Assembly (NCBI GenBank): GCA_965225855.1
Contig: CBDDCK010000005.1
Span: 544,001 to 608,000 of the forward strand
Reading direction: 5' to 3'
Origin: Spirochaetia bacterium
GTDB lineage: Bacteria; Spirochaetota; Spirochaetia; SP-2023
Length of the DNA: 64,000 nucleotides
A program made the position numbers and the translations under genes. Shown here in pieces: positions 1-10,277 of this stretch. Within the stretch, counting starts at the first letter, position 1. Each line of letters begins with the position of its first letter. Below the pieces are notes generated by a model. That model was given only the letters and a program-made list of their open reading frames with translations. It ran no database searches and was not told the DNA's origin.

Positions 1-596
1 AAAAAATTCAAAACAACCCTAAAAAAGCCCAAGCCAGATTATTAGAGATATTCAAAGATACCATACACGGCAATATTTTCAGTAGCGTATCTTATCAATT
101 TATGGAAACCTCCATTTACCCTAACGATTTACAAAATGAAGATGGACACAAAAAACCTAGCATTCCCTATACACTTTTGGGTAAGTCTTTTACAGAAAAA
201 GATATACCGGAGAACCTCCTCTACGATACTATTTGCTATGATTCAGACATAGAAGCAGAGATACAACAAGAGGACTTCCAAAAAGTCAATGGTAAAACCA
301 TCACTGTCTTTGCAAAGTTGCCCCAAATACCTATTCCAACGCCTTATAAAAACTACAATCCAGACTTTGCTTATTTGATAGATGAAGATAATCGCAAAAA
401 ATTATTTCTCATTGTAGAAACCAAAGGCTACAAAAATCAAGATGATATTCCGAAAGAAGAAAAGCAAAAAATCGACTATGCCAAGAAATTTTTTGAATCT
501 TTAAAAAATCAACTCAAAGATGAGAATATAGAAGTCCGATATAAAACGCGGATCAATGGGCAGAGTTTGAGTGATTTATTGCAAAATACCGGATAA
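1..596 (+). CDS. Type III restriction endonuclease (Res subunit) C-terminal nuclease region; 5' end lies outside the window
   Basis: Frame is open from base 3. The motifs VFAKLP..IPIPTPY..YNPDFAY..LIVETKG and E..KI..AKKFF match the PD-(D/E)XK C-terminus of type III Res proteins. Confidence 0.75.
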   Translation, partial: KIQNNPKKAQARLLEIFKDTIHGNIFSSVSYQFMETSIYPNDLQNEDGHKKPSIPYTLLGKSFTEKDIPENLLYDTICYDSDIEAEIQQEDFQKVNGKTITVFAKLPQIPIPTPYKNYNPDFAYLIDEDNRKKLFLIVETKGYKNQDDIPKEEKQKIDYAKKFFESLKNQLKDENIEVRYKTRINGQSLSDLLQNTG

Positions 597-603
597 ATGG
601 CAA

Positions 604-1167
604 TTACCTCGAAATTTTTTGTATTAGGCAAGATGCATAGGCTTCTAAAGCATTACCTTGGCCGACTGCTCCAACCCCTTCTTTGGTTTTGGCTTTCACG
701 CTAATTTGTTCTAACTGTAAAGCGGTCATCGAGCTAACATCAGTAGCAATGGGCGAAAAGCCTTTTAGCAAATGGCTGCGGATATCATCAATAATGGGTC
801 GCAAGCGAATTTTTTCCAATACAACAGTGCAATCGAGATTGACGAGATGAAAGCCTCTGACCTGTATCCAATCCCGATAGACAATTTGGAGCATTTCAAG
901 ACTGTTGGCGTTGTGCCAACAATTTTCTGAAGGCGGGAAATAGGTGCCTATATCGCCAAGGGCTAGAGCACCGAGCAAACTATCTATAACCGCATGGCAT
1001 AAAACATCACCATCAGAATGGGCAATTGCAGTATAGGCACAGGGAATAAAATAACCCCCTAAGTATAATCCATTACCATCTTTCAGGCGATGTAAATCAT
1101 AACCTTGGCCAATGCGTAAAGAAGATAGGCTATAAGAACAATCGCCAGGAACTGAAGAAACCGACAT
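604..1167 (-). CDS. ispF: 2-C-methyl-D-erythritol 2,4-cyclodiphosphate synthase
   Basis: RIGQGYDLHRL, HSDGDVLCHAVIDSLLGALALGDIG and SVKAKT motifs. Confidence 0.95.
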   Translation of the reverse strand: MSVSSVPGDCSYSLSSLRIGQGYDLHRLKDGNGLYLGGYFIPCAYTAIAHSDGDVLCHAVIDSLLGALALGDIGTYFPPSENCWHNANSLEMLQIVYRDWIQVRGFHLVNLDCTVVLEKIRLRPIIDDIRSHLLKGFSPIATDVSSMTALQLEQISVKAKTKEGVGAVGQGNALEAYASCLIQKISR

Positions 1168-1199
1168 GAAAATTTTATCAACTATTCTTAGCCAGACCC

Positions 1200-1739
1200 T
1201 TAGTTGTTACTATTTTCCAGGCGAGTATGCAGCAAATCTTCAATTTCCTCTTTCTCAAGATTCATAGCTAAAGCAATTTCTTCAACTAAAATCTTGAGGG
1301 CATTGTCGTAAAGCTTGCGCTCTAAAATCGGCAATTCTTTCACTTTACTTCGGTGATATAAAGAGCGAACCACAGTAGCTATATCCATAACTCCGCCTAC
1401 TTTTAATAAATCTAAATTATTCTGGTAACGCAACTTCCAATCACTGGTTAAAGGCTCATCTTTATTGGACATCGAAATCAATGCTTTCTCGGCATCTGCT
1501 TTGGCAACAACCGGGCGCAAACCCAACTGATTTGCTTTATTAATGGGTAGCATAATTGTCATATCCGTTGCATTAACATAAATCGTATAATATTCGACAT
1601 TCTCCCCTTTAAATATTCGGTTACTTCTTTCTGTAATTTTGCCAACTCCTTGCAACGGGTAGACAACATCTTGCCCAACTTTGAAGCTAAATTTTTTCTG
1701 GGAAGAATTTTTACTAGGAGCAGATCTGGATATTGGCAT
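1200..1739 (-). CDS. carD: CarD family transcriptional regulator
   Basis: FKVGQDVVYPLQGVGKI N-terminus, W-K-L-R-Y helix and ERKLYDNA..LVEE; adjacent to ispF as usual. Confidence 0.92.
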   Translation of the reverse strand: MPISRSAPSKNSSQKKFSFKVGQDVVYPLQGVGKITERSNRIFKGENVEYYTIYVNATDMTIMLPINKANQLGLRPVVAKADAEKALISMSNKDEPLTSDWKLRYQNNLDLLKVGGVMDIATVVRSLYHRSKVKELPILERKLYDNALKILVEEIALAMNLEKEEIEDLLHTRLENSNN

Positions 1740-2165
1740 ATACTTTGGCTATTTTGTTTTAGATTCTTGTAACATGTGGTTTTACTGATGTAGGTCTATA
1801 TGGAAGATACGGGCATGGCACTGATAATAAAGTAAACCAGCTCATTGAGCTAAACCGGAATGAAATGCATAGGTTGGGGATAACTCTGCCATATGGTTTG
1901 AATTATACTGCTAATCTCATCTTATGGATAATTTGTCTGGATAAGACCGAGCATAAATGGTTAAAGATCGCTAAACGAAAATGGCAAGTGCATAAAGGAA
2001 TATATAAGACCATAGATATAAAACTAAATTGATTATTATAATTATCAAAGAAAAGTCAAGTAATTTTATATCAAAATTAGATTTTTTGATCTTTGCTTGC
2101 CAAAGTATTATAAATCTTGATAAAATGCCATTTTTATAATTAGATTTCTTCGCTAATCCTTTAGC

Positions 2166-4472
2166 ATGGCGTTCCCTTTGAGTTTTGAGCTTGATTTTAA
2201 GTTTGTTTTTTTGTATTTGCAAAAGGGATTGTCTTATAAAAATGAGGTACTACGTTTGAATTATCGAATTTTCCGTTGGTTAATTACCGGCTCCATCGTG
2301 TCTTTACTCTTTACTGTTGTGTTGTCTTTGACAATGTTGTTTTCTGGCAATTTTGGCGATGATGAGAAAAATCGTGAAATTACTTTAGAGCTAAAACACA
2401 TTGTGCAGCAAATAGCGGATAACCAAAGTAAGCTAATTGCAGATTCTCATCAAGTTAGTAAATTATTAAATATTCCTGCAGAACAATACCGCCAGCTAAA
2501 TTCCTCTAGTTTTCTTCAAGAGCAGCCGGATTCTCAAGGGCCGAAAAAATTGGTGCATACAAATAACATGACCAATGAGATAGTGGTAGAACCATTGGAA
2601 AAAGCAGGTAATTCTTTGGAGATCGCTTTTTTTGATGCCTTGCGTTATCTAGACCAAAATTTGCAACAAGAAAAAATATGGAAAGAATTAAACGAATTGC
2701 TTGGTAGTAAAGACTGGAAAAATTTACTCAAAGAAATAAGATTGCGGCAAGAGCGCAATCACGATTCAGTATGGTTATTTCCCAGTAAAAAAAAATTATT
2801 ACCTAGTGGTCATATTGCTTCTAAATGGTTTGAGTTGCAAGCGGTTCAAGGGAAAAAAGCAGTACAGTTCAAATTGAGTAGCCCTTTTTCAAGTTATACT
2901 GGGGGGCTGGATATTAGCAAAGAATTACGTCTTTTTCTGCGTGAACAAAGTACGCAATTATATAGTTTGGCAACTCAATATGATAAAATGTATCAGTTTA
3001 TCAGTAGCCCTACCGTGCAAAAGCAATTGGCACGGCGTAAACTTTATATTAAGAGCTTGCAGCCTTCCAAAATAAAAAAAGACGCAACAACTGGAACTCG
3101 TATTTTAAATGTAGCCCAAACAGATTGGGAAGTGCGCACCCGTTATGAACAGATAGTAGCGCATTTTCATTTTGATGTGGATAACTATCAATTGCGGTGG
3201 AATGATAAAATCTACCAATCTGTACAGTTACTGCAATCTGATTGGAAGATATTTGTTGAAAATGTAGACACTCGTACAGAAGGCCAACGCCGCGAAGCAA
3301 AGATGCGTCAATATTTGTTGAAAATGTTTTCAGACTCCGCATTTTTATTGCAGATGGAGCAATACGGTTTTAAGCCAGCCAAAATGCCTCCGCGTGAAGA
3401 CCTTTATTACGAGTACTATGATTTGCTTGGTCAAAAAGGTCAGAAGATGGCGTCTTTTGCCTTACAAAAGCAAATTGGCGAAGCATATTTGATGGATCGC
3501 GATGATGTGAAAATTCGCGCTATCAAAAGCTTTTTAACAGGGGCTAGCGACTTACAAAGTTTGTTTAATGAAGATGATGTTGCGAGTATCGCTCAAAATA
3601 GTTCCTACTCTCCAAATGATGAGCAAGTTCAACAAAAAATTGCCAATACTTTCAATAACAAGAATACCAAGCAGAGGGATTTAGAAGTTATTTTGTTGAT
3701 TGGTACTCACTACAATATTGCCGATGTAATTATGCTTATATCCATTAATAAAGATACACAAACATTGACCATGATCAGCTTGCCCCGCGACCTTTACTAT
3801 AATAAAAGTAAAATTAATAATATTTACTCCATGTACGGGATTGCTACTTTTATGAAAGTATTGAGTGAGATAGCGGATATTGCCATAAGTAAATACATTA
3901 GCATTGATATGTATGCCTTTATTGAAGTTGTCGATTTGATTGGTGGTATCAATGTTTACCTGAAGGAAGATTTAATCGACCCAAGTTATAAAATAAAGCA
4001 AATGGGTAAATGGCAAACTTTGGTAATGCGCAAAGGCAAACAGCATCTTAATGGGCTAGGGGCTCTGCGTTATTCACGTTCGCGCCATACCAGTAATGAT
4101 TTTGAGCGTTCTGAGAGGCAACAATTGATTTTAAACCAAGTGTTGCAAAAGTTGAGTGGAGAATTGGGCAACCCTAAAAAATTGCTGCCATTTTTGAAAA
4201 TGATGCAAAAATATATTAAGACTAATTTCAGCACAACAGAAGCTTTGCGCTACTGGCTTTCATACGGCAAGTATAAACGCAACTTTGGCAATACCATAAA
4301 TACAAATAATGTGCTCTATTACACTTGGACAAATTATTTGCACTTGAATTCACAAGAATTAGCTAAAGCCAAACAAGATCAAAATTTTTCTCGTGGTGCA
4401 TTTATCCTACTGCCTAAACGCAATGATTGGAGTTTGATTCCCAATTATATTATGCAGTTGCAAAATAATTAG
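2166..4472 (+). CDS. LCP (LytR-CpsA-Psr) family protein with a long N-terminal extension
   Basis: C-terminal ILLIG..ADVIMLISIN..MISLPRDLY, LNGLGALRYSRSRH..NDFERSERQQ; N-terminal TM helix. True start uncertain. Confidence 0.85.
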   Translation: MAFPLSFELDFKFVFLYLQKGLSYKNEVLRLNYRIFRWLITGSIVSLLFTVVLSLTMLFSGNFGDDEKNREITLELKHIVQQIADNQSKLIADSHQVSKLLNIPAEQYRQLNSSSFLQEQPDSQGPKKLVHTNNMTNEIVVEPLEKAGNSLEIAFFDALRYLDQNLQQEKIWKELNELLGSKDWKNLLKEIRLRQERNHDSVWLFPSKKKLLPSGHIASKWFELQAVQGKKAVQFKLSSPFSSYTGGLDISKELRLFLREQSTQLYSLATQYDKMYQFISSPTVQKQLARRKLYIKSLQPSKIKKDATTGTRILNVAQTDWEVRTRYEQIVAHFHFDVDNYQLRWNDKIYQSVQLLQSDWKIFVENVDTRTEGQRREAKMRQYLLKMFSDSAFLLQMEQYGFKPAKMPPREDLYYEYYDLLGQKGQKMASFALQKQIGEAYLMDRDDVKIRAIKSFLTGASDLQSLFNEDDVASIAQNSSYSPNDEQVQQKIANTFNNKNTKQRDLEVILLIGTHYNIADVIMLISINKDTQTLTMISLPRDLYYNKSKINNIYSMYGIATFMKVLSEIADIAISKYISIDMYAFIEVVDLIGGINVYLKEDLIDPSYKIKQMGKWQTLVMRKGKQHLNGLGALRYSRSRHTSNDFERSERQQLILNQVLQKLSGELGNPKKLLPFLKMMQKYIKTNFSTTEALRYWLSYGKYKRNFGNTINTNNVLYYTWTNYLHLNSQELAKAKQDQNFSRGAFILLPKRNDWSLIPNYIMQLQNN

Positions 4473-4524
4473 TTTTACGGATTTATCATGACCAATACTA
4501 AAAGATTATAAGGATCTATCAATC

Positions 4525-5949
4525 ATGCTGGAGTCAGCCGAATCACCAATTTTAGGCCATATTGCTATTGTGGGCCGACCCAATGTTGGCAAGTCTACTT
4601 TATTTAACTCTTTACTGGGGCAGCGGCGCAGCATTACTTCGCCAGAATCCGGGGTAACACGCGATGTCATTACCGAGCAAATTAATTTTCAAGGCTTTGA
4701 AGTTTTGGTTTCCGATAGCGGGGGGATACGAGCGGATTTAAAAGGCCCCATTCAGCCTAAGGCACGTAAAGGGCAAGCCGATGATACGCTTTGTTCTTGG
4801 CCACAGCTCAATCAGTGTGTGCAATCGCGTAGCCTCGCCTTGCTCAAAAAAGTAGATTTAATTCTTTGGGTTTTGGCATTGAGTGAATTTAATGCAGAAG
4901 ATCAACAATTGTTGGAGCAATTGCAGCCATTGCGTGAAAAAGTAATTTTGGTGATCAACAAAGTTGATACTAAGGAAAAGCAACCCCAAGCTTATAATTT
5001 TTATGAGTACGGCTTTCCTAATTTAGTGATTATTTCTGCTCTGCACCGAAGGGGTTTTCAGCAATTAGAACAAAATTGCATTGCCTTTTTACAGCAACAA
5101 GTAAAAGTAATCCCAGAGCTTCAAGAAACAGCAAAGGATATTACAGGCTATAGCCAAAATCCGCAGATTCGCTTTACTCTGATTGGTAGGCCTAATACCG
5201 GCAAATCTACTTTGTGCAATGCTTTAGTGGGCCATGAAACTTCATTGGTGTCGGATATGCCGGGTACTACACGTGATGTTATTACCCAGCAATTTTGTTG
5301 GAAAGGGAAATTTTATCAATTGACAGACACCGCTGGCATTCGGCGCAAAAATAAAGTACAGGAAAATGTGGAATATTATTCGGTCAATCGGGCCATAAAA
5401 AATTTGGATAATGTCGATGTTGCCGTATTGCTCATTGATAGCCGTGAAGGTATCCAACAGCAGGACAAAAAAATTGCCCAGCAAATTATTAAACGCGGGC
5501 GGGGCTTGATTCTTGCTCTCAACAAAATAGATTTACTGGAAACAGGGGCTAAAGCTGCATTGCGGGAGCTGGAAGAAAATACTCGTGAGCTATTCCCTCA
5601 TCTGCGCTATGCGCCCGTTTGCACCATATCAGCACTTTCTGGTAAAGGTATGAAGCAGCTTTTACAGGTTATCGACCGTGTTTATCTCCAGTTAAATAAA
5701 CGAATTAATACTGGTTTGCTAAACCAAGCTTTGCAAGATTGGGTTCGCTATGAGCCACCGCCCAGCCATGGTTCTCTGCGTTTTAAGGTGCGTTATTTGA
5801 CCCAAGTGGAAGTAAACCCATTGCGTTTTATTTTGTTTGTCAACCGCTCTAAATCGTTCCCGCAAAGTTATTTGAATTTTATACAAAACAAAATTCGCAA
5901 AGAGCTAGGCTTTAAAGACGTTACCCTACATTTGCATCTTCATGAGTAG
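4525..5949 (+). CDS. der: Ribosome biogenesis GTPase Der (EngA)
   Basis: Two tandem GTPase domains (GRPNVGKS, GRPNTGKS, DTAGIRR, NKID) and a KH-like C-terminus. Confidence 0.96.
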   Translation: MLESAESPILGHIAIVGRPNVGKSTLFNSLLGQRRSITSPESGVTRDVITEQINFQGFEVLVSDSGGIRADLKGPIQPKARKGQADDTLCSWPQLNQCVQSRSLALLKKVDLILWVLALSEFNAEDQQLLEQLQPLREKVILVINKVDTKEKQPQAYNFYEYGFPNLVIISALHRRGFQQLEQNCIAFLQQQVKVIPELQETAKDITGYSQNPQIRFTLIGRPNTGKSTLCNALVGHETSLVSDMPGTTRDVITQQFCWKGKFYQLTDTAGIRRKNKVQENVEYYSVNRAIKNLDNVDVAVLLIDSREGIQQQDKKIAQQIIKRGRGLILALNKIDLLETGAKAALRELEENTRELFPHLRYAPVCTISALSGKGMKQLLQVIDRVYLQLNKRINTGLLNQALQDWVRYEPPPSHGSLRFKVRYLTQVEVNPLRFILFVNRSKSFPQSYLNFIQNKIRKELGFKDVTLHLHLHE

Positions 5950-6583
5950 TGTTCTCTGCAGTTTCTTCTGTGGAATGATGTTTCTTCTGTTGATAGTGTC
6001 GCCATATTTTGTTTACAGCATAGCCAACCATTCCGAGGAAAAACAGCAATAAAATCAATTGTACCGTGCGAATATCTTGCAGGATTTTATTGCTATAATA
6101 TCTGCTAAGTAAATAAATTACCGAAATACTCAATGAGCCGGATATTGTATCCAGCAATAAAAATTTCCAAACAGGGAAGTGTGTTATACCCGAAAACAAA
6201 GAGAGTGCGTTGCGAACTCCAAATGGAATTAGGCGGCCTAGCAGTATGGTTAAGGAGGCATGCTTAGCAAAGTGCTGGCTCAATAGGTCTAGCTTGCGCT
6301 GTGGCATTACGCGTTGGAATAAAGGCATTTTGAGTATCGAATCACCGGCTTTTCGCCCGATCACATAAGAAAGCATATCCCCTCCTACTGCCCCTGCAAT
6401 TAATGCCAAATGCATCCAGCCGATTTGTTGGGGCACCACATTGGAGACAAAAATTCCTGCGATAATTACCGTCAAGTCTTCAGAAATAGGGATATTCAAG
6501 GCGGCAATCACAAGAACGAAAAATATAATTAATGGTGCTATATTGGCATATTGATAAAGGATTTGCTCCAACCATTCTTGCAT
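5921..6583 (-). CDS. DedA family membrane protein
   Basis: PISEDLTVIIAG, GAVGGDMLSYVIGR and GRLIPFGVR motifs; hydrophobic. Confidence 0.9.
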   Translation of the reverse strand: MQEWLEQILYQYANIAPLIIFFVLVIAALNIPISEDLTVIIAGIFVSNVVPQQIGWMHLALIAGAVGGDMLSYVIGRKAGDSILKMPLFQRVMPQRKLDLLSQHFAKHASLTILLGRLIPFGVRNALSLFSGITHFPVWKFLLLDTISGSLSISVIYLLSRYYSNKILQDIRTVQLILLLFFLGMVGYAVNKIWRHYQQKKHHSTEETAENTTHEDANVG

Positions 6584-6621
6584 TGTGTTTCCTTATTTTT
6601 TGATTGTTTTGGGATTAGGCG

Positions 6622-7059
6622 TTATAAGTTATTTTTACTTGCATAAACAACGTAGCCATTATTTCGGCGCAGCAAGTACACTTCTGCTTGGGGAAAATAG
6701 AATAATGTTAGCATCTCATCACTGCCAGCTAGCATTCGGCTTTGACCCCATAGACTTTTGGCTAGCAAGCCATCATCTAAATGTTCTCCTACTAGCTGCC
6801 CTAATTCAGCCTCTGTAGGTTGTGAATTCTCCAAAACCGCTAGGGCTTCCTTGTTTGAGTTGTACTGGTCTAACTTGGAGGATTTTAGTTGCAAACGCAG
6901 ACCGATAATTACCCCCCCAAATATTAGGGTTGAAGCAATTAGCCAGGTATAGTTGCAGCGCAGGCGTTTTCGTACTAATAGTTTGCGTTCCCAGTATCTT
7001 TTCCAAGGTAGGGGTTCTGTTGCAAAGCATTCTAAATTTTCAGAAATATTTTTTTTCAT
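6622..7059 (-). CDS. Hypothetical protein with one TM segment
   Basis: 145-aa ORF co-oriented immediately upstream of dedA; hydrophobic segment WLIASTLIFGGVIIGL. Confidence 0.55.
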   Translation of the reverse strand: MKKNISENLECFATEPLPWKRYWERKLLVRKRLRCNYTWLIASTLIFGGVIIGLRLQLKSSKLDQYNSNKEALAVLENSQPTEAELGQLVGEHLDDGLLAKSLWGQSRMLAGSDEMLTLFYFPQAEVYLLRRNNGYVVYASKNNL

Positions 7060-7163
7060 ATAGATTAAAATTTTCGGTATATGTTTACAAGATTTTATTT
7101 AGATTTGCAGTTTATTACTGATTGTTCGTAGTATTTCAAGACAATCTAAATTAGAGAGCATAC

Positions 7164-7475
7164 ATGTTATCAAAAAATACAGCGAATATCAATCTTAGTG
7201 AAGACATTATCTCTGCGGACACCCGCTCGCGATACTGTTTTGTATGCGCTGCCTTTGTTTTAGAGCATTACAAGGAAATTATGAAAGATGGTGGCCAGAA
7301 ATCTTGCGATGTAGCGGTGCGTTGTGGCCATCTAAACCCACAAACGAAATATATTTTTTCGCGTTTGGGGATACAGCCTCTGCCACGCCAATACCGAACA
7401 AGCCACCCACCAACATGGGTCAAACTTGCAAGGTGTCAAACTGATGGGGTCTTCGATAACGCCAAAAAATGGTAA
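7164..7475 (+). CDS. Hypothetical protein or gene remnant
   Basis: 103-aa ATG-started ORF with no recognised motif. Confidence 0.25.
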   Translation: MLSKNTANINLSEDIISADTRSRYCFVCAAFVLEHYKEIMKDGGQKSCDVAVRCGHLNPQTKYIFSRLGIQPLPRQYRTSHPPTWVKLARCQTDGVFDNAKKW

Positions 7476-7556
7476 TGCCAAACATTAGGAATAAGCCCTA
7501 CCACCCTCCAAGCCTTCACAACAAAAACCAAACCATGCCATAACTATGTACTTTTG

Positions 7557-7602
7557 AAAAGTAACAATTATGGACTAGGTCGGCCCATAGTTATCGACTT
7601 GC
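7557..7602. repeat. Degenerate copy of a dispersed palindromic (REP-like) element
   Basis: tatggactaggtcggcccatagttatcgacttg matches the perfect hairpin at 13769-13813. Confidence 0.75.
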
Positions 7603-7779
7603 TGCGTCTATAGCTATGGATTGGTTGCTTTGATGGTTTATAGATTCAACTAATATGGAATGCAAATGGATTGGCATGGATTTTGAACCACCTTACAACA
7701 CAAAACAACACTAAGACACAAAAAAAGTGCCCAAACATAAAAAAGCACAAAAAAACTTACAAAAAGCCTTATAAAGGCC

Positions 7780-7868
7780 TTGACGCAACACCCCCCTAGC
7801 AAAATGGGGCACTGTACACTAGCCCGTATGGGTTGGCGAATCTTTATCCATTTTTGGAGGTATTGCTT
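7780..7868 (+). promoter_or_regulatory. Conserved lipoprotein-family promoter/leader: TTGACG, C6 tract, CAAAAT, leader hairpin, GGAGG RBS
   Basis: The same arrangement precedes the paralogs at 39726, 40276 and (minus strand) ~54787. Confidence 0.6.
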
Positions 7869-9641
7869 ATGTATAAGCTCAAACTACTTTTATTGCCTAT
7901 AGCCTTGCTACTGGCCTTTATGGCCTTTGCCTGCGCCCCACCCGATGACGATGATCGATCTTCTGGGCCGACTATCAATAACGCCATCTACGACTTTGCT
8001 ACGGCTATCTTAACCGTACAAGGCACTAACTTAAGTCCTACAGAAGCGCAAATCCAAACCATCGTGGTAGATGGCCTAGCCTTCAGTTCCTATACTGCAG
8101 ATGACGATGCCACTGGGGTAAATAGTAACGGTCTTGCAAAAGGTAAGTACCGTATTAAAAGCGATGGCACAGCGCTTTGGCTTAGACTTACCGATCAACA
8201 TAAAACTGTTCTTGAGGCCAAGCCCGGTATGGATAGCAATGGTCTAAAAAAAGGGTTGCTTAGCGTTGGTACTGGTGCTTGGGCGGGTTTAAATACAGCC
8301 AAAGACTTGGACGTTAGTAATATACCCGATAAGCAGTCTGAGACCGAATCCGAAGAAGAGTCGCCTAAGCAAACTGAAGAAGCTGAACAAGACGAACAAG
8401 CTGAAGAAGTCGAACAAGCTGAAGATAAGCAGTCGCCTGAACTACCCGAAGCCGAACAAACCGAAGAAGTCGAAGATAAGCAGTCTAAGACCGAAACCGA
8501 AGAGCAGTCGCCTAAGCAACCTAAAGCCGAAGAGCAGTCGCCTAAAGCCGCAATTACCGGTGCAACCTACAATGTTGGCACGGCTCTGCTAACCGTACAA
8601 GGTACTGACTTAGGTAGTGCGACCCAAGCCCAAATCCAAACTATTACGGTAGATGGTGTAGCCTTAAGTTCCTATACTGCAGATGGCACAGCCACTGGGG
8701 CAGATAGTAGCAGTCTTGCAAAAGGTAAGTACCGTATTAAAAGCGATGGCACAGCCATTTGGCTTTACCTTACCGATCAACATAAAACTACTCTGAATGG
8801 CAAGACAGGTATGGATACCAATGGTAGAAAAGTCGGGTTGCTTACTAGCACTGGTGCTTGGGCGGGTTTAGATACAGCCAAAGACTTAACCGTTAGTGGA
8901 CACCCCGAAATCACCAGTGCAAGCTATGATGTAGAAACAGGCGTGTTAGTGATTACAGGTGTCAATTTACCAAAAGCAGTTACAGGCTGGGACTTTAGGA
9001 AATTGAGGTTTGTCGCAGGTAATGGTCGTAAGAGTGAACCATTATTACCGCACCGCGTAACCGGTAAAAACACTAACAGAGGTTCTGCAGCAAGTGCAAC
9101 AAGCTTAACGATTACTTTAATCGGTCATCAAAAATTGACAGCCAATAGGATATTGGTTAAGAATGGTGATAGTGATGTTGATGGTGCATACAACCTGGAA
9201 GCAGCAGCAGGATTTGCAGGTGGTAGGGCAGCAGACACAAGCAATAACCCGATTACCGTTAGTGGGTATGTAGTCAGAATCAATGACGCAAACTACTCTG
9301 CTGATACAGGCTTGTTACGGATTTTCGGTCTCAATTTACCGACAACAATTGCAGAGTGGGACTTTAGCAAATTGACGCTTGTATCCGGTGATGGTAATAA
9401 GAGATACACATTACCCCAGCACGCAATAGGTGAAAACACAGCCACAGGTTCTACAGCAACTTTATACTTCTTATATATTACTTTAAGCGGTAGTGTAAAA
9501 GCCAAAGCCAATAGTATATTGGTTAAGAATGGTAAAAGTGATAATAATGGTGCATACAACCTGGAAGTAGCAGCAGGATTTGTAATTGGTGGTTCAGCAG
9601 ACCCAACCAATGCTATTAAAGTTGCAGGAGTTGTTGAGTAG
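7869..9641 (+). CDS. Modular surface lipoprotein, paralog 1 (signal, module A, E/Q-rich linker, A, B, B)
   Basis: GGAGG RBS then ATG at 7869; signal ending ..AFMAFA-C followed by PPDDDD; repeated ~120-aa beta-rich modules shared with three other genes. Confidence 0.88.
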   Translation: MYKLKLLLLPIALLLAFMAFACAPPDDDDRSSGPTINNAIYDFATAILTVQGTNLSPTEAQIQTIVVDGLAFSSYTADDDATGVNSNGLAKGKYRIKSDGTALWLRLTDQHKTVLEAKPGMDSNGLKKGLLSVGTGAWAGLNTAKDLDVSNIPDKQSETESEEESPKQTEEAEQDEQAEEVEQAEDKQSPELPEAEQTEEVEDKQSKTETEEQSPKQPKAEEQSPKAAITGATYNVGTALLTVQGTDLGSATQAQIQTITVDGVALSSYTADGTATGADSSSLAKGKYRIKSDGTAIWLYLTDQHKTTLNGKTGMDTNGRKVGLLTSTGAWAGLDTAKDLTVSGHPEITSASYDVETGVLVITGVNLPKAVTGWDFRKLRFVAGNGRKSEPLLPHRVTGKNTNRGSAASATSLTITLIGHQKLTANRILVKNGDSDVDGAYNLEAAAGFAGGRAADTSNNPITVSGYVVRINDANYSADTGLLRIFGLNLPTTIAEWDFSKLTLVSGDGNKRYTLPQHAIGENTATGSTATLYFLYITLSGSVKAKANSILVKNGKSDNNGAYNLEVAAGFVIGGSADPTNAIKVAGVVE

Positions 9642-9682
9642 GGTTTTGTTGTTACGGTAAGCAATGCTTACATTTGAAAATT

Positions 9683-9718
9683 GCAGCCTTGGTAAATTTT
9701 TTTATCAAGGCTGCTTTT
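9683..9718 (+). terminator. Probable rho-independent terminator
   Basis: gcagccttg...caaggctgc stem followed by TTTT, downstream of paralog 1. Confidence 0.65.
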
Positions 9719-9840
9719 GCTGTATAGCAAAGCTAGAAAAACTTTATTAAGGCTACAAACTTTTTTTAGTAATAGCTTTAAACAAAATCTTTGAACAAAG
9801 CCCTTACAATAATTATTGCCAGAACGTTGGCATAAAAATT

Positions 9841-10277
9841 AAGAGATTCTCTTAATGCCCAATAATAGAGTCTCTTAATGCCTAATAAGAGATTTTCTTA
9901 ATGCTCAATAAGAGATTTTCTTAATGTATAACAACAGAATTTCTTAATGCCTAACAAGAAAGTTTCTTAATACCCAATAAGAGAATTTCTTAATGCTCAA
10001 TAAGAGAGTTTCTTAATACCTAACAAGAGAATTTCTTAATGCCCAATAAGAGATTTTCTTAATACCCAACAAGAAAGTTTCTTAATGCCCAATAATAGAA
10101 TTTCTTAATGCTCAATAATAGATTTTCTTAATGTATAACAAGAGAATTTCTTAATGCCCAATAAGAGATTTTCTTAATGCCTAATAAGAGAATTTCTTAA
10201 TACCTAACAAGAGAATTTCTTAATACCTAACAAGAGAATTTCTTAATACCTAACAAGAGAATTTCTTAATGCATAAC
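9841..10277. repeat. Tandem array of 19 degenerate 23-bp units (consensus AAGAGAWTTTCTTAATRCCYAAY) with a palindromic core
   Basis: Units read off directly at exact 23-bp spacing; no unique spacers; the period is not a multiple of 3 and every unit carries TAA. Confidence 0.95.

Noticed and set aside
1971..2222. 83-aa minus-strand ORF
   Set aside because: Low-complexity AT-rich sequence overlapping the LCP start region, with no motif.
5921..5949. Convergent 29-bp overlap of der and dedA as a regulatory feature
   Set aside because: Short convergent overlaps are common and nothing else supports a regulatory role.
7833..7868. N-terminal extensions MANLYP../MEVLL../MVNRYP.. in the ORF track
   Set aside because: A GGAGG RBS precedes the downstream ATG that starts the signal peptide, so these extensions are leader sequence.
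9841..10277. CRISPR array
   Set aside because: Units are contiguous 23-mers with no unique spacers, and no cas genes are present in the window.
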